Assembly (NCBI GenBank): GCA_002269645.1
Contig: NIVC01000281.1
Span: forward strand, 19,809-83,808
Length of the DNA stretch: 64,000 nucleotides
Source: Macrostomum lignano
Taxonomy: Eukaryota
Direction: 5' to 3'
The first letter of the stretch is position 1. Every line of letters starts with the position of its first letter. This document shows, piece by piece, positions 1 to 14,032 of this stretch. The notes below the pieces were generated by a model. That model had not been told where the DNA came from. It searched no databases and worked only from the letters and a program-made list of their open reading frames with translations. The position numbers were made by a program, and so were the translations under genes.

Positions 1-2482
1 TTATCTCATATTCTGTCTACTCCTATCTCACAAATCCTTCATTCTAATCTCATATTCTGTCTACTCCTATCTCACAAATCCTTCATTCTAATCTCATATT
101 CTGTCTACTCCTATCTCACAAATCCTTCATTCTAATCTCATATTCTGTCTACTCCTATCTCACAACTCGTTCATTCTAATCTCATATTCTGTCCTGTCTA
201 CTCCTATCTCACAAATCCTTCATTCTAATCTCATATTCTGTCTACTCCTATCTCACAAATCCTTCATTCTAATCTCATATTCTGTCTACTCCTATCTCAC
301 AAATCCTTCATTCTAATCTCATATTCTGTCCTGTCTACTCCTATCTCACAAATCCTTCATTCTAATCTCATATTCTGTCTACTCCTATCTCACAAATCTT
401 TCATTCTAATCTCATATTCTGTCTACTCCTATCTCACAAATCCTTCATTCTAATCTCATATTCTGTCTACTCCTATCTCGCAAATCCTTCATTCTAATCT
501 CATATTCTGTCTACTCCTATCTCACAAATCCTTCATTCTAATCTCATATTCTGTCTACTCCTATCTCACAAATCCTTCATTCTAATCTCATATTCTGTCT
601 ACTCCTATCTCACAATTCGTTCATTCTAATCTCATATTCTGTCTACTCCTATCTCACAAATCCTTCATTCTAATCTCATATTCTGTCTACTCCTATCTCG
701 CAAATCCTTCATTCTAATCTCATATTCTGTCTACTCCTATCTCACAAATCCTTCATTCTAATCTCATATTCTGTCTACTCCTATCTCACAAATCCTTCAT
801 TCTAATCTCATATTCTGTCTACTCCTATCTCGCAAATCCTTCATTCTAATCTCATATTCTGTCTACTCCTATCTCACAAATCCTTCATTCTAATCTCATA
901 TTCTGTCTACTCCTATCTCACAAATCCTTCATTCTAATCTCATATTCTGTCTACTCCTATCTCACAACTCGTTCATTCTAATCTCATATTCTGTCTACTC
1001 CTATCTCGCAAATCCTTCATTCTAATCTCATATTCTGTCTACTCCTATCTCACAAATCCTTCATTCTAATCTCATATTCTGTCTACTCCTATCTCACAAA
1101 TCCTTCATTCTAATCTCATATTCTGTCTACTCCTATCTCGCAAATCCTTCATTCTAATCTCATATTCTGTCTACTCCTATCTCGCAAATCCTTCATTCTA
1201 ATCTCATATTCTGTCTACTCCTATCTCACAAATCCTTCATTCTAATCTCATATTCTGTCTACTCCTATCTCACAAATCCTTCATTCTAATCTCATATTCT
1301 GTCTACTCCTATCTCACAAATCCTTCATTCTAATCTCATATTCTGTCTACTCCTATCTCGCAAATCCTTCATTCTAATCTCATATTCTGTCTACTCCTAT
1401 CTCACAACTCGTTCATTCTAATCTCATATTCTGTCTACTCCTATCTCGCAAATCCTTCATTCTAATCTCATATTCTGTCTACTCCTATCTCACAATTCGT
1501 TCATTCTAATCTCATATTCTGTCTACTCCTATCTCACAAATCCTTCATTCTAATCTCATATTCTGTCTACTCCTATCTCGCAAATCCTTCATTCTAATCT
1601 CATATTCTGTCTACTCCTATCTCACAAATCCTTCATTCTAATCTCATATTCTGTCTACTCCTATCTCACAAATCCTTCATTCTAATCTCATATTCTGTCT
1701 ACTCCTATCTCACAACTCGTTCATTCTAATCTCATATTCTGTCTACTCCTATCTCGCAAATCCTTCATTCTAATCTCATATTCTGTCTACTCCTATCTCA
1801 CAAATCCTTCATTCTAATCTCATATTCTGTCTACTCCTATCTCACAAATCCTTCATTCTAATCTCATATTCTGTCTACTCCTATCTCGCAAATCCTTCAT
1901 TCTAATCTCATATTCTGTCTACTCCTATCTCGCAAATCCTTCATTCTAATCTCATATTCTGTCTACTCCTATCTCACAAATCCTTCATTCTAATCTCATA
2001 TTCTGTCTACTCCTATCTCACAAATCCTTCATTCTAATCTCATATTCTGTCTACTCCTATCTCACAAATCCTTCATTCTAATCTCATATTCTGTCTACTC
2101 CTATCTCGCAAATCCTTCATTCTAATCTCATATTCTGTCTACTCCTATCTCACAACTCGTTCATTCTAATCTCATATTCTGTCTACTCCTATCTCGCAAA
2201 TCCTTCATTCTAATCTCATATTCTGTCTACTCCTATCTCACAAATCCTTCATTCTAATCTCATATTCTGTCTACTCCTATCTCACAATTCGTTCATTCTA
2301 ATCTCATATTCTGTCTACTCCTATCTCACAAATCCTTCATTCTAATCTCATATTCTGTCTACTCCTATCTCACAAATCCTTCATTCTAATCTCATATTCT
2401 GTCTACTCCTATCTCACAAATCCTTCATTCTAATCTCATATTCTGTCTACTCCTATCTCACAATTCTTTCATTCTAATCTTA
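1..2482. repeat. 44-bp tandem satellite (ATCTCATATTCTGTCTACTCCTATCTCACAAATCCTTCATTCTA), about 56 units, truncated by the window start
   Basis: Exact 44-nt period (e.g. unit starts at 3 and 47), with a few recurring variants (CGCAAATCC, CACAACTCG, CACAATTCG) and two 5-nt insertions. Confidence 0.97.
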
Positions 2483-3068
2483 CACTCTCTCTTAAAGTCA
2501 ATATATTTCATACTCTCTACTCTATCACATGTTCTGTCTCATATCTTATATTCTCTGAACTATTGCACAATTCGCAATAAATTCTCTAAATTCTAATTCT
2601 TAATCAGGCATCCTGCATCATATTCATAGTGTTATTGCAGCAGCCCTCGGCCGCACAGGCAACTGACACGCCAGCCCAGTGTGTGCACACTAATAAAAGC
2701 AATAAATTATCAATTTAGCGAGCGAAAAAAAAACACTAGCGAGACTAAATCACTCATCGCTTACTGTAGAAAGTTGAGAACCCCGTACTAACTGCTACTG
2801 CTAAATTATTACTTCTATTGTGCAGATTGCCGGCTTGGGCGCTAAGTCCGGGGGGGATTTTATTGGCCTAATGCCCGCTTGGATCCCATAGTTGTAGCCT
2901 GTGCTACTATTAGATGACCCTAAATTCCGCAATCCGTCTAGACAAGGAGTCAAGGAGTGCTAGAAAAGGAACCCGGAGCCACACAGACAACTAGAGGCTA
3001 AACTGTATAGTGTAAATGCTGTGAATCAAGCGCATTAAAATCAATTTAATCGAGTTCTGAAGAGGGCC

Positions 3069-3381
3069 CGTAGCCCAGGGGCCCAGGCTCGATTCCAAGT
3101 GCAGTCGCATTGATTTGGGGCTAAATTGGAATCTCGGCTTGGCTCTGCTCGTGCAATTAACGCCATTGAGGGCCAACCCCAAGGCACAGTGAAGTGTACA
3201 TGCCTAACGATAAAAAAAGTTAGGGCCGCTGTACACTCCTGTACTGTACACTACACGCCTGTGCGTATGACTGCGTACGTATCCGCGCGCTTGTGTGCTT
3301 GCTCAGGGGAGTCGGCAGAATGGCCAGCAGCAATGCCTCTCGCCGGTGGTGTGACAATGTCGCTTAAAGTGCGTCAGGGTG
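3069..3381 (+). mobile_element. tRNA-derived SINE, degenerate copy of the family at 44168
   Basis: Colinear with 44175-44510 over ~300 bp. A-box-like TAGCCCAGGGG and B-box GGCTCGATTCC are kept, but about 27 nt between them are deleted. Confidence 0.75.
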
Positions 3382-4186
3382 ACTGCGATAACTTTATAAA
3401 TGATTACACAGAATATTGCCCAATCTTTTGCCCAGTCTGTAGTTGTCTGGAACTGGAGGAATTTCGGGCAGAATTGGCACTCCAAACCTCTGCTTCTAGG
3501 CTTCCTTGCAAATGTCCCCAATTGGCCTTTTGTGGAGGTCTGGCTGGGCAACCTTTACCTACCAGCAATAATTCTTCAAGTCTCCCAGAAATGAAAGTCA
3601 ACCCCTCAGGTTCAATAGGTGTTGTTCTCTTTTATTAAAGCCGGTATTTTTTGTCCCAATTTAAAGACCGCCAGAGCCCGTGCAGTCAATTCCAAACACT
3701 TAAGCCTCGGGGTTGAAGTTGCTCCAGATTTGCTCCAAAAGCCGGCGGAGGTTCCGCCAGAAGAAGAGAATAAAAAAAGAAGAACAATATGGAATCAGCG
3801 CCTTTTTAGGTGGGAATTTTTGATACAGTTTTTATTGCCCACGCCACCACCCCACGCTCCCCTCTTCTCATCTTACTCCTCCCGCCACCTCCCGGACACG
3901 CACCTGGGCAAGTGAATGGTGGATGGCGGCGAACGCGAACAGAAAAAGAAGAAAAAACACAGAAAAATTTTATTACCCCGGTCTGTCTGGGCCTTGCAGA
4001 GAGACGGCATCGGGAATTTGCAAAACTGGCATTTTAAACTGGCAAAAAGTTTAACTATCTTGGGGATCAGCCCGAGGCCCGCACACGAAGAATACTTGGG
4101 AAAACTTTTATCTTACAACGAGTTTTTACACCTTTTCTAGATACGCTATTGCCACACTGATTGCCAATTTACTATCGCTAAGATAG

Positions 4187-4825
4187 GCATTAGGACAGAT
4201 ATTGGGGCACTAAGACAAACATTAGGACAGTCATTAGGATAGATATTAGGACAGACATTAGGACAGACATAAAGACAGACATTAAGACAGACATTAGGAC
4301 AAACATTAGGACACTAAGACAGACATTAGGACAGACATTAGGACACTAAGACAGACATTAGGACACTAAGACAGACATTAGGACAGACATTAGGACAGAT
4401 ATTAGGACAGAAATTAGGACAGAAATTAGGACAAACATTAGGACACTAAGACAGACATTAGGACAGACATTAGGACACTAAGACAGACATTAGGACAGAC
4501 ATTAGGACAGATATTAGGACAGATATTAGGACAGACATTAGGACAAACATTAGGACACTAAGACAGACATTAGGACAGATATTAGGACAGATATTAGGAC
4601 AGATATTAGGACAGACATTAGGACAAACATTAGGACACTAAGACAGACATTAGGACAATCATTAGGACACTAAGACAGACATTAGGACACTGCGACAGAT
4701 ATTAGGACACTAAGACAGACATTAAGACAGATATTAGGACAAACATTAGGAAACTAAGACAGATATTAGGACAGAAATTAGAACACTATGATGGACACTA
4801 AAACAGACACCAAGAAAGACATTAG
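4187..4825. repeat. Minisatellite of GACAGACATTAG / GACACTAA units
   Basis: Interspersed 12-nt and 8-nt units visible directly. Confidence 0.9.
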
Positions 4826-5719
4826 GAAGCTGGGAAAAATATACTCAACCACTCCAGCTAGATTTGGCGCCAGTACAAAAGCGCCAAAATGACGCCAATT
4901 CATTTCCAAGCCCAGTTCGAATCGGCGCTAAGTTGCGTGTATTTGACGCCAAAATGGCGCCTAAATATTTCAGTTGCAATTGGAGCGCGAAAGCTGGGGA
5001 AATCAGTTCACTGTACATTGGCGGCGCAGATGGAAGACCGCAACTGCACTGGGTATTGCAAGCCGCATACCGAAAATGACCGGCACACTGCCCTGCAGCG
5101 GCTGCGGCCCGGGACCTCCCAAGCTGTGTGAGAGTCAGCACAGATCTGAGAGGTAGAGACAGGCGAGAGAGACAGTGAGTGATACAAAAGCAAACAATAA
5201 AAGCACAATGAACCCGTTTGAACTCCCCACCCCAGTTACACCGGCAGGGGCCACATACCCACGATGCTTATTTGCTGCCTTCCCCATGCAGTTGCAGTTA
5301 AATTATTGAATAGAATAAGCTAAGTTGTTGAGAAGATTCTCAATCTCAACTATTTGCTTCAAGTGGCCAGTGACCGCCTGCTTGGGCCCTCGAGTTGAAT
5401 TGATGGCGAAAATATTTAGCTGAATTATGAGAAGAGCTGCTAATTGTGACACGGCCCTCGGGCCCACACACAGACTACTGGGCGTCACTTGGACTGGCTC
5501 TGGTTGGTATCTCAGGCAGATGCCACACTCTGACAGTGACAAGTGGGCAAATTGTGCTGGATAATAAAATGAAGTTAAAATGATGAAAACTTGGAGGTTA
5601 CTCCGGTGCGACTTGCTTGTAACATAAAAAAGAACATTCATTTTATGAATGTACCCTAGTAATGCAATTCCTAGGGGGTCCCTAGTGTATGCTATTGTGA
5701 GTTGCATAACTTTTGCTAC

Positions 5720-6303
<584 letters not shown>

Positions 6304-7904
6304 AGGCAGACACCAATATTCAAACATGTGCCAGGATTGGTGGTTGCCAGGCATTTCCTGTACCAGGATGAGGCTGAATCGTGCAAAATTCGAAATTAGA
6401 AAGAACCCTAATATTTGTTTCAAATTTCAAATTCCAACAAAGCCGCTAAGCACCCGGTAACCCCTGGCATCGCGGGCCAATGCTTAAGCAGCGCTTACTC
6501 GGGACGGGACGGAGTGGCTTGGCTGGAAAGTTAAACTGTCGCGATTGCAAGTGCGCTGCGCGAAAAAATTACTTTGTTGTGTAGCAGTCTTTAATCTCCT
6601 GCGTTTCCAACTCCCTCTCTGGCGGGGCGCTGCGTGCAGCGGGCGGCGGCCCAGTTTCTGGGACAGCCGAACCCAGTGGCCACCGAGCCCACACTCCCTT
6701 CGGCTCCTCCGGTCATGGCGTGCTAAACATACCGACTGGATTGGAGTTGGAGATAGTCTTATAGATTAAGCTTTAAAACTCGATGGCCTTCAAATTCCTT
6801 GTCATAGTGATGCTTCCTAACCAGATTCTAGTATCCCAGTACTCCATGGGTGTCTACCGGTAGGCAATAAGAAACGTAAGGCGAAAAGAAATAAAAGCCA
6901 GATTAAAGGCCCTGAGCCTCCACCGGTTTACATGCCAAATCTCAGTCAACTGCGCAATTTCCATAGCAATAATTAGAGCAAATAAATTCAAGTTTAACCG
7001 AGTGCAATCCGAGGACTTTTTCGTTGACGACGCGGTCTTAAAGAACTTGTTTGGATTTATAAACAGAATTAATAGATTGTTGACAAAGATGGTGCTTTGC
7101 CCCCCCCCCCAGTGCATTGGAGCAGGAGTCGCGCATAAGAAGCTGGTGCCAGGCAAATTACACTCGTGTCATAACAATTAGCACGAGTATCCTGTGTCGT
7201 TGACTTTGCCGTTGAAATCCAATGCCTCTGTGTAAGCTGAATCCGTCCGAAAATGTTGCTCCACTTGTTTAGTTATAAATTGCCTAAATTGAATTCCGAA
7301 ATGTAGCGAGTCTCACTGCGGGGGGGGAAGGGTCGAAAACTACCCGAAAGTAAAAGTCAAACTACGCTACTTTTAGTAAAAATGGATGCTTGTGGAGAAT
7401 TTTCCTGTGCAAAACATTCTTTAAATGATTAGGTGTGTTAAACCGATCTCTCTCCCCTCCTTTGAATAAGACTCAAATCTCGGCTTCATAGAAGCAGGTT
7501 AATCAAAGTGAGTAGCTAATAGTAGGATCTCAAGAAGTCTACATTTTTATCTGCCCCAAAGTGAATATCATGGATAACAATTAAAACTCTGATGACAACT
7601 CTCACTGCTGCATGATGTTCTTCGTACCTTTAGTACCTTCTTTAAAGTTCTTTAGAGTTCTTTAGAAGAGTTTCTTCACTAGGGAAAATCAGTCCAAAAC
7701 AAAGTCGGTCTCCTTCAGCCTCATCATAGTGTCGCCCACCAGTCGAATGTCGTTCATGTCAACGACAATGGAGGCGGCGATGCGGATGAACAGCGAGTCC
7801 TCGATGTTGAGAATCATCAGGTCCATTTTGAGCTTGTAGGCCAGGAATTTCCACATGTTGCTCTCGAATCTCGTCTCCTCTGCCTGCGATTTCGGGTTGC
7901 GAAG

Positions 7905-8764
7905 GAGAGAGTAGAGTAGAGGAGAGAAGAGAAGAGGAGAGGAGAGGAAAAGAGAGGAGAGGAGAGGGAAAGAGAGGAGAGGAGAGGAGAGGAGAGGAGA
8001 GGAGAGGAGAGGAGAGGAGAGGAGAGGAGAGGAGAGGAGAGGAGAGAAGAGGAGAGGACAGGAGAGGAGAGGAGAGGAGAGGAGAGGAGAGGAGAGGAGA
8101 GGAGAGAGGAGAGGAGAGGAGAGAAGAGGAGAGGAGAGGATAGTAGAGGAGAGGAGAGGAGAGGAGAGGAGAGGAGAGGAGAGGAGAGGAGAGGAGAGGA
8201 GAGGAGAGGATAGTAGAGGAGAGGAGAGTAGAGAAGAGGAGAGGAGAGGAGAGGAGAGGAGAGGAGAGGAGAGGAGAGGAGAAGAGAGGAGAGGAGAGGA
8301 GAGGAGAGGAGAGGAGAGGATAGTAGAGGAGAGGAGAGGAGAGGAGAGGAGAGGAAAGGAGAAGAGAGGAGAGGGAAAGAGAGGAGATGAGAGGAGAGAG
8401 GAGAGGAGATGAGAGGAGAGGATAGGAGAGGGAGAATAGGAGAGGAGAGGAGAGGAGAGGAGAGGAGAGGAGAGGAGATGAGAGGAGAGAGGAGAGGAGA
8501 GGATAGGAGAGGAGAAGAGAAGAGAAGAGAGGAGAGGAGAGGAGAGGAGAGGAGAGGAGAGGAGAGGAGAGGAGAGGAGAGGAAAGGAAAGGAGAGGAGA
8601 GGAGAGGAGAGGAGAGAAGAGAAGAGAGGAGAGGAGAGGAGAGGAGAGGAGAGGAGAGGAGAGGAGAGGAGAGGAGAGGAAAGGAAAGGAGAGGAGAGGA
8701 GAGGAGAGGAGAGGAAAGGAAAGTAGAAGAGAGGACAGGAGAGGAGAGAAGAGAAGAGAGGAGG
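7905..8764. repeat. (GAGAG)n pentamer microsatellite filling the last intron of lyase copy A
   Basis: Directly visible; its counterpart (CTCTC)n is at 24177-24832. Confidence 0.95.
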
Positions 8765-9467
8765 TCACAAACTCGACCTCTCCAAAGAAGAACTCACAAA
8801 CTTCTTGATGGCGGGCCTCTGAAGATGCTGGGGTAGGCGGATGAGGCGCATGAACGGCGCCTGCATTTCAGCCGGCAGGGGCAGCAGGTCGGTGCCCCAG
8901 AATCCGGCCAGATAGCTGCTGGCCTCATCAGCAAGGCTGCGGCAGTATTCGTAAACTCTGTCCTGATGTGCATTGGTGAAGGTAACAGAGGTATGTTTCA
9001 CTCATTCAGACAGTGTTGAGCAGCCCCAATTGGCCAGCAGACACTCACCAGACCGCCGCAAATCTCGTCGACAAACTTCAAAGCTTCCGGGATGACGTAG
9101 AAGCTGCTGGTGTCCCTGGTGCCCAGGTAGGAGTACCTGTGCGGCAGCACCTCGTCATGGAGCAGCCAGGAGACAATGTCGGGTTTCATGGTGCTCACGT
9201 GAGCCTCGCTAATCCACATCAGAGCGACTGATTTCGGCAGGAAGTGCCACTTGTTAAGGTTGCCGAGGTAGAAGTCGGCGCCGATGTCCTCGATATCCAG
9301 ATTTGGCACCTGGCCGATGGCGTGGGCCCCGTCGATGATCACCTTGATGCCCCGGCTGCGGCACAGGGCTGTGAGCTCCTTCACTGGCATCAGGCAAGCC
9401 GTGGTGCTCGTGATATGGTCTAAATAGGGGATGGCAGATGAGTAGTGTTGCTGGGAGCTGCGCAGTA

Positions 9468-11965
9468 CCTGTGTCACCCTACCTGTCCACCTGTGTCACC
9501 CCACCTGTCCACCTGTGTCACCCTGCCTGTCACCTGTGTCACCCTACCTGTCCACCTGTGTCACCCTGTGTCACCTGTGTCACCCTACCTGTCCACCTGT
9601 GTCACCCTGTGTCACCCTGTGTCACCCTATCTGTCACTTGTGTCACCCTACCTGTCCACCTGTGTCACCCTACCTGTCCACCTGTGTCACCCTACCTGTC
9701 CACCTGTGTCACCCTGCCTGTCACCTGTGTCACCCTACCTGTCACCCGTGTCACCTGTGTTACCCTAACTGTCACCTGTGTCACCCTGCCTGTCACCTGT
9801 GTCACCCTACCTGTCCACCTGTGTCACCCTGTGTCACCCTGTGTCACCCTATCTGTCACTTGTGTCACCCTACCTGTCCACCTGTGTCACCCTACCTGTC
9901 CACCTGTGTCACCCTACCTGTCCACCTGTGTCACCCTGCCTGTCACCTGTGTCACCCTACCTGTCACTTGTGTCACCCTACCTGTCACTTGTGTCACCCA
10001 ACCTGTCACCTGTGTCACCCTACCTGTCACCTGTGTCACCCTACCTGTCACCTGTGTCACCCTACCTGTCACCTGTGTCACCCTACCTGTCACCTGTGTC
10101 ACCCTACCTGTCACCTGTGTCACTCTACCTGTCACCTGTCACCTGTGTTACCCTAACTGTCACCTGTGTCACCCTGCCTGTCACCTGTGTCACCCTACCT
10201 GTCACTTGTGTCACCCTACCTGTCACCTTTGTCACCCTACCTGTCACCTGTGTCACCCTACCTGTCACCTGTGTCACCCTACCTGTCACTTGTGTCACCC
10301 AACCTGTCACCTGTCACCCTACCTGTCACCTGTGTCACCCTACCTGTCACCTGTGTCACTTTAACTGTCACCTGTCACCCTACCTGTCACCTGTGTTACC
10401 CTACCTGTCACCTGTGTCACCCTACCTGTCACCTGTCACCCTACCTGTCACCTGTGTCACCCTACCTGTCACCTGTGTCACTTTAACTGTCACCTGTCAC
10501 CCTACCTGTCACCTGTGTTACCCTACCTGTCACCTGTGTCACTCTACCTGTCACCTGTGTCACCCTACCTGTCACCTGTGTCACCCTACCTGTCACCTGG
10601 GTCACCCTACCTTGATGTGTTCCTTATTACCAGTCCTCAACTGTAATCAAGGAACAATCACTTCTAGCTCTGTAGCTAGGCAACCCAGTAAGTCAACAGA
10701 AGGTATTCAATTACAATCCGGATTGAGTTGTTCTCTTCCTTGCGTTGATCTCTCTTGTGTAGTTCTCAACTGTAGATCTCTCAATAGATCTCGTAGACTT
10801 CTAGACGTCTTCAGATGTAGATCAGGTCCGAGTTCCTTTGTTCTCTTCTGTAGAAGTAGTTCCGGCCGGAATCTGTAGTTCGGACCAATGGGAAGCTTCC
10901 AATTACAATGGGTACCCTGCGCCAAACTGCGGTCTTAATTAAGCCTCCTTCTTCTAGCAGTGCCTCTAAGCACTCTAGGAATAGCTCCGGAAACCACTGA
11001 TAGTCTTCTAAGATCTATCAGGGGCAGTCCTTCTGGAGACTGCAACCAGTGGAGTCTAACTAGACTCAAGAGTCTCAACAGACTCAAATAAACTCAAGTC
11101 TTACTAGACTTGAGCGAGACGTCTCTAACAACAACGGGCGCAAATAAGGAAGGCTTACCGCAACAATCGACCGAGTCTTGGTCCAGGAAGTCCGACTTCG
11201 GCTTCCTCTTCGGAGCTCTTCTCCCGAGGAGAACTTGTTGGCTCCGGGTCCGTTCCGGACCACTTGTATTTATAGGCGTTCGGACCTCTCTCGAGGTCGC
11301 ACATCACTGTCTTCGCAAATGTCAAAGTGTCACGATTCGGTGGCTGTCAAGCATGACAGGGTAGAAAGTTGCGCAACTAGTCTACTGTAAAAGCGCATGA
11401 TTGGTTACCGTAGCTGGTAGACTTTGATTGGTTCATCCGGGTGCAAACCGGGTGCAAGCCAAATGATGAATCGCAGGTGGGGTTTAACTTGACAATTTTA
11501 GGTCACGCGTGATTGGTCGGTTGCCAAAAATAGCATGACCGACTTTTCTCTCTTTTGATTGGTTGATTAAAATATATGTATGGTTCAGCGCATATCTTTA
11601 TACATGCAACTTAGTACTTACTACTGAATAAAAATGTATAAGTAGTATGTTAACCATTTTTACGGATTTTTGAGAAAGGCAGAATATTCTACAACCTGTC
11701 ACTTGTGTCACCCTACCTGTCACCTGGGTCACCCTACCTGTCACCTGTGTCACCCGACCTGTCACCTGTGTCCTCTACCTGTCACCTGTGTCACCCTAAC
11801 TGTCACCTGTGTTACCCTAACTGTCACCTGTGTCACCCTACCTGTCACCTGTGTCACTCTAACTGTCACCTGGGTCGCCCTACCTGTCACCTGTGTCACT
11901 CTACCTGTCACCTGTGTCACTCTACCTGTCACCTGTGTCACCCTAACTGTCACCTGGGTCACCCA
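9468..11965. repeat. ~21-bp minisatellite (CTGTCACCTGTGTCACCCTAC) in intron 3 of copy A, split by a solo LTR
   Basis: Arrays ~9468-10612 and 11694-11965; the equivalent array in copy B is only ~23266-23478. Confidence 0.92.
10613..11693 (-). mobile_element. Solo LTR (1081 bp) inserted in the intronic minisatellite
   Basis: TG...CA termini; 4-bp TSD ACCT at 10609-10612 and 11694-11697; TATAAATA on the minus strand near 11270; absent from the copy B intron. Confidence 0.8.
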
Positions 11966-12390
11966 CCTTATCGCCTGTCCCCCAGCTACATTCCCAAAAT
12001 CCCCAGTGGGGTCGCACCGAACACGGCAATTCGAACTTTCGGCCTCCTGTCCAGCTCCTGCTCGACCGCCCGCAGCACGTCCTCGCCCGACTTCAGCGGC
12101 AGTTGAAGCTTCGCTTCGGGCGCCTCCCCGGCCTCCGTGGCAGCCATCCTGACGGCGATGTAGGTCCAGGAGTTGACGAGCACCTGGGAGCCGGGCGGCT
12201 CCAGGGCCAACAGCCGGCGCAGAATGTTGGACACTCCGATGGTGACATTCTCCAGCAGGGCGCACTGCTGCGGCCGCACCCGCAGGCGGCTGGCGATGGC
12301 CTCCAGGCTGCTGTAGTTCAGATCCACCTGGCGGAGTCGAACGAACTCGTCGGCGAACGACTCGAACTCTTCGGTGAGTCTGCGGGCGGC

Positions 12391-12590
12391 GGTGTCTGTG
12401 GGATCCGCTAAGGGTGTCTGTGGGATCCGCTAAGGGTGTCTGTGGGATCCGCTAAAGAGTGCCTGTGGGATCCGTTTATGGTGTCTGGGGGATCCGCTAG
12501 GGTGTCTGTGGGAGCCGCTAAGGGTGTCTGTGGGATCTGCTAAAGGTGTCTGTGGGATCCGCTAAGGGTGTCTGTGGGATCTGCTAAAGG
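12391..12590. repeat. ~22-bp minisatellite (GGGTGTCTGTGGGATCCGCTAA) in intron 2 of copy A
   Basis: Directly visible; longer reverse-complement array at ~22375-22755. Confidence 0.85.
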
Positions 12591-13526
12591 TATATTCTGT
12601 GGCTAAAGGTGTCTCGCCACCAAAATCTCGAAAATGTAAGAAACTTCCTTACGATTTTTTAGAATCTATGAGTCTCAACGTAGAATTTGAGCAATCATAG
12701 CATTTTATGTATTCATTACTTCAAGGGATCAAGTATCATTTGTTTACCGCAGTTTGCTATCCAGAACGCTTTTCGGTGCCACCCCGAACGAGCCATTGTT
12801 CAGCATGAGGACGCCACGGCGAGCCACGTGGGGAAAGTGCTGCTCAAGCATCGGCCTGCCGAACTCAGCGACTTAGGGCTGCCCGGATGTTTCTAAAAAT
12901 AGAATTTTAAAGGGTGGATGAGGCGCCAATGAGGGGCGCTAATTAGGGGCGCTAATAAGAGGGGGCTCTAATGAGGGCCGCTATTGAGGGGTTGTAATAT
13001 GAGAGGCACTAATATTTTACTACATTTCTTACTACATTCAAACTTGTTTTACTTACCAGCTTCAGTTTTATCCATCGCTGTCGGAGTTAAAATAGAATTT
13101 GTTAATTTAAACTTGACTTTTTGAACTTTGAAGGCTAAATCGAAGCGAAAAATTGGCCTTGTGCTGCCGCCTGAAGCAGTGCCGCCTCTTTTCAAAGAAA
13201 ATTCTTTAACTGCTTTGTTACTTAAAAATTGAACCGGTGTTAACTTTTGTCTGCAGAATAGATAAAACTGGCAAAAGGCGTCCCTTTTGGACCTTATCTA
13301 CGACTTCGGCACCATAACTGCATAGCAAGAGACAGCCTGAGCTATCTGTTCACCGAAATCTACTATAAACACGCGTGAAAAGCTTCGGCTTCTTGATTTC
13401 TCCAAGGTTGGCCTGCAGTTGCGGGAAAGCGCAGGTGAAACCTAAACAGCCAAGGCCATTAACTTCTGCGGTGCAAGTCAAGGACATTTTTGCTGCTAAA
13501 ATGATTAAAATTGCCCACAATGTGAC

Positions 13527-14032
13527 AGATCCCAGATCCCCGATCCCAGATCCCCGATCCCAGATCCCCGATCCCAGATCCCCGATCCCAGATCCCCGAT
13601 CCCAGATCCCCGATCCCAGATCCCCGATCCCAGATCCCCGATCCCAGATCCCCGATCCCAGATCCCCGATCCCAGATCCCCGATCCCAGATCCCCGATCC
13701 CAGATCCCCGATCCCAGATCCCCGATCCCAGATCCCCGATCCCAGATCCCCGATCCCAGATCCCCGATCCCAGATCCCCGATCCCAGATCCCCGATCCCA
13801 GATCCCCGATCCCAGATCCCCGATCCCAGATCCCCGATCCCAGATCCCCGATCCCAGATCCCCGATCCCAGATCCCCGATCCCAGATCCCCGATCCCAGA
13901 TCCCCGATCCCAGATCCCCGATCCCAGATCCCCGATCCCAGATCCCCGATCCCAGATCCCCGATCCCAGATCCCCGATCCCAGATCCCCGATCCCAGATC
14001 CCCGATCCCAGATCCCCGATCCCAGATCCCCG
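13527..14032. repeat. 14-bp minisatellite (GATCCCAGATCCCC)n at the inner end of the left arm
   Basis: Homogeneous 14-nt period; homology to the right arm stops at its distal end. Confidence 0.95.

Larger units (their letters stand above)
7689..13075 (-). pseudogene. Class-V PLP-dependent lyase (Egt2/isopenicillin-N-epimerase/L-cysteine-desulfhydrase-like), copy A; premature stop at codon 13, or an N-truncated gene restarting at MLEQHF
   Basis: Exons (minus strand) 13075-13057, 12892-12748, 12379-12018, 9419-9049, 8962-8798, 7883-7689, all GT-AG and the same lengths as copy B. In-frame TAA at 12875-12873 where copy B has CAA. Motifs NNGSFG, FDHIT, IDGAHAIGQ, DFYLGNLNKW. Confidence 0.8.
7100..14032 (-). 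other. Left arm of a large inverted segmental duplication
   Basis: Reverse complement matches 20020-25276 and, beyond the LTR element, 33432 to ~33820. Exon lengths are identical in the two copies. Confidence 0.92.
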
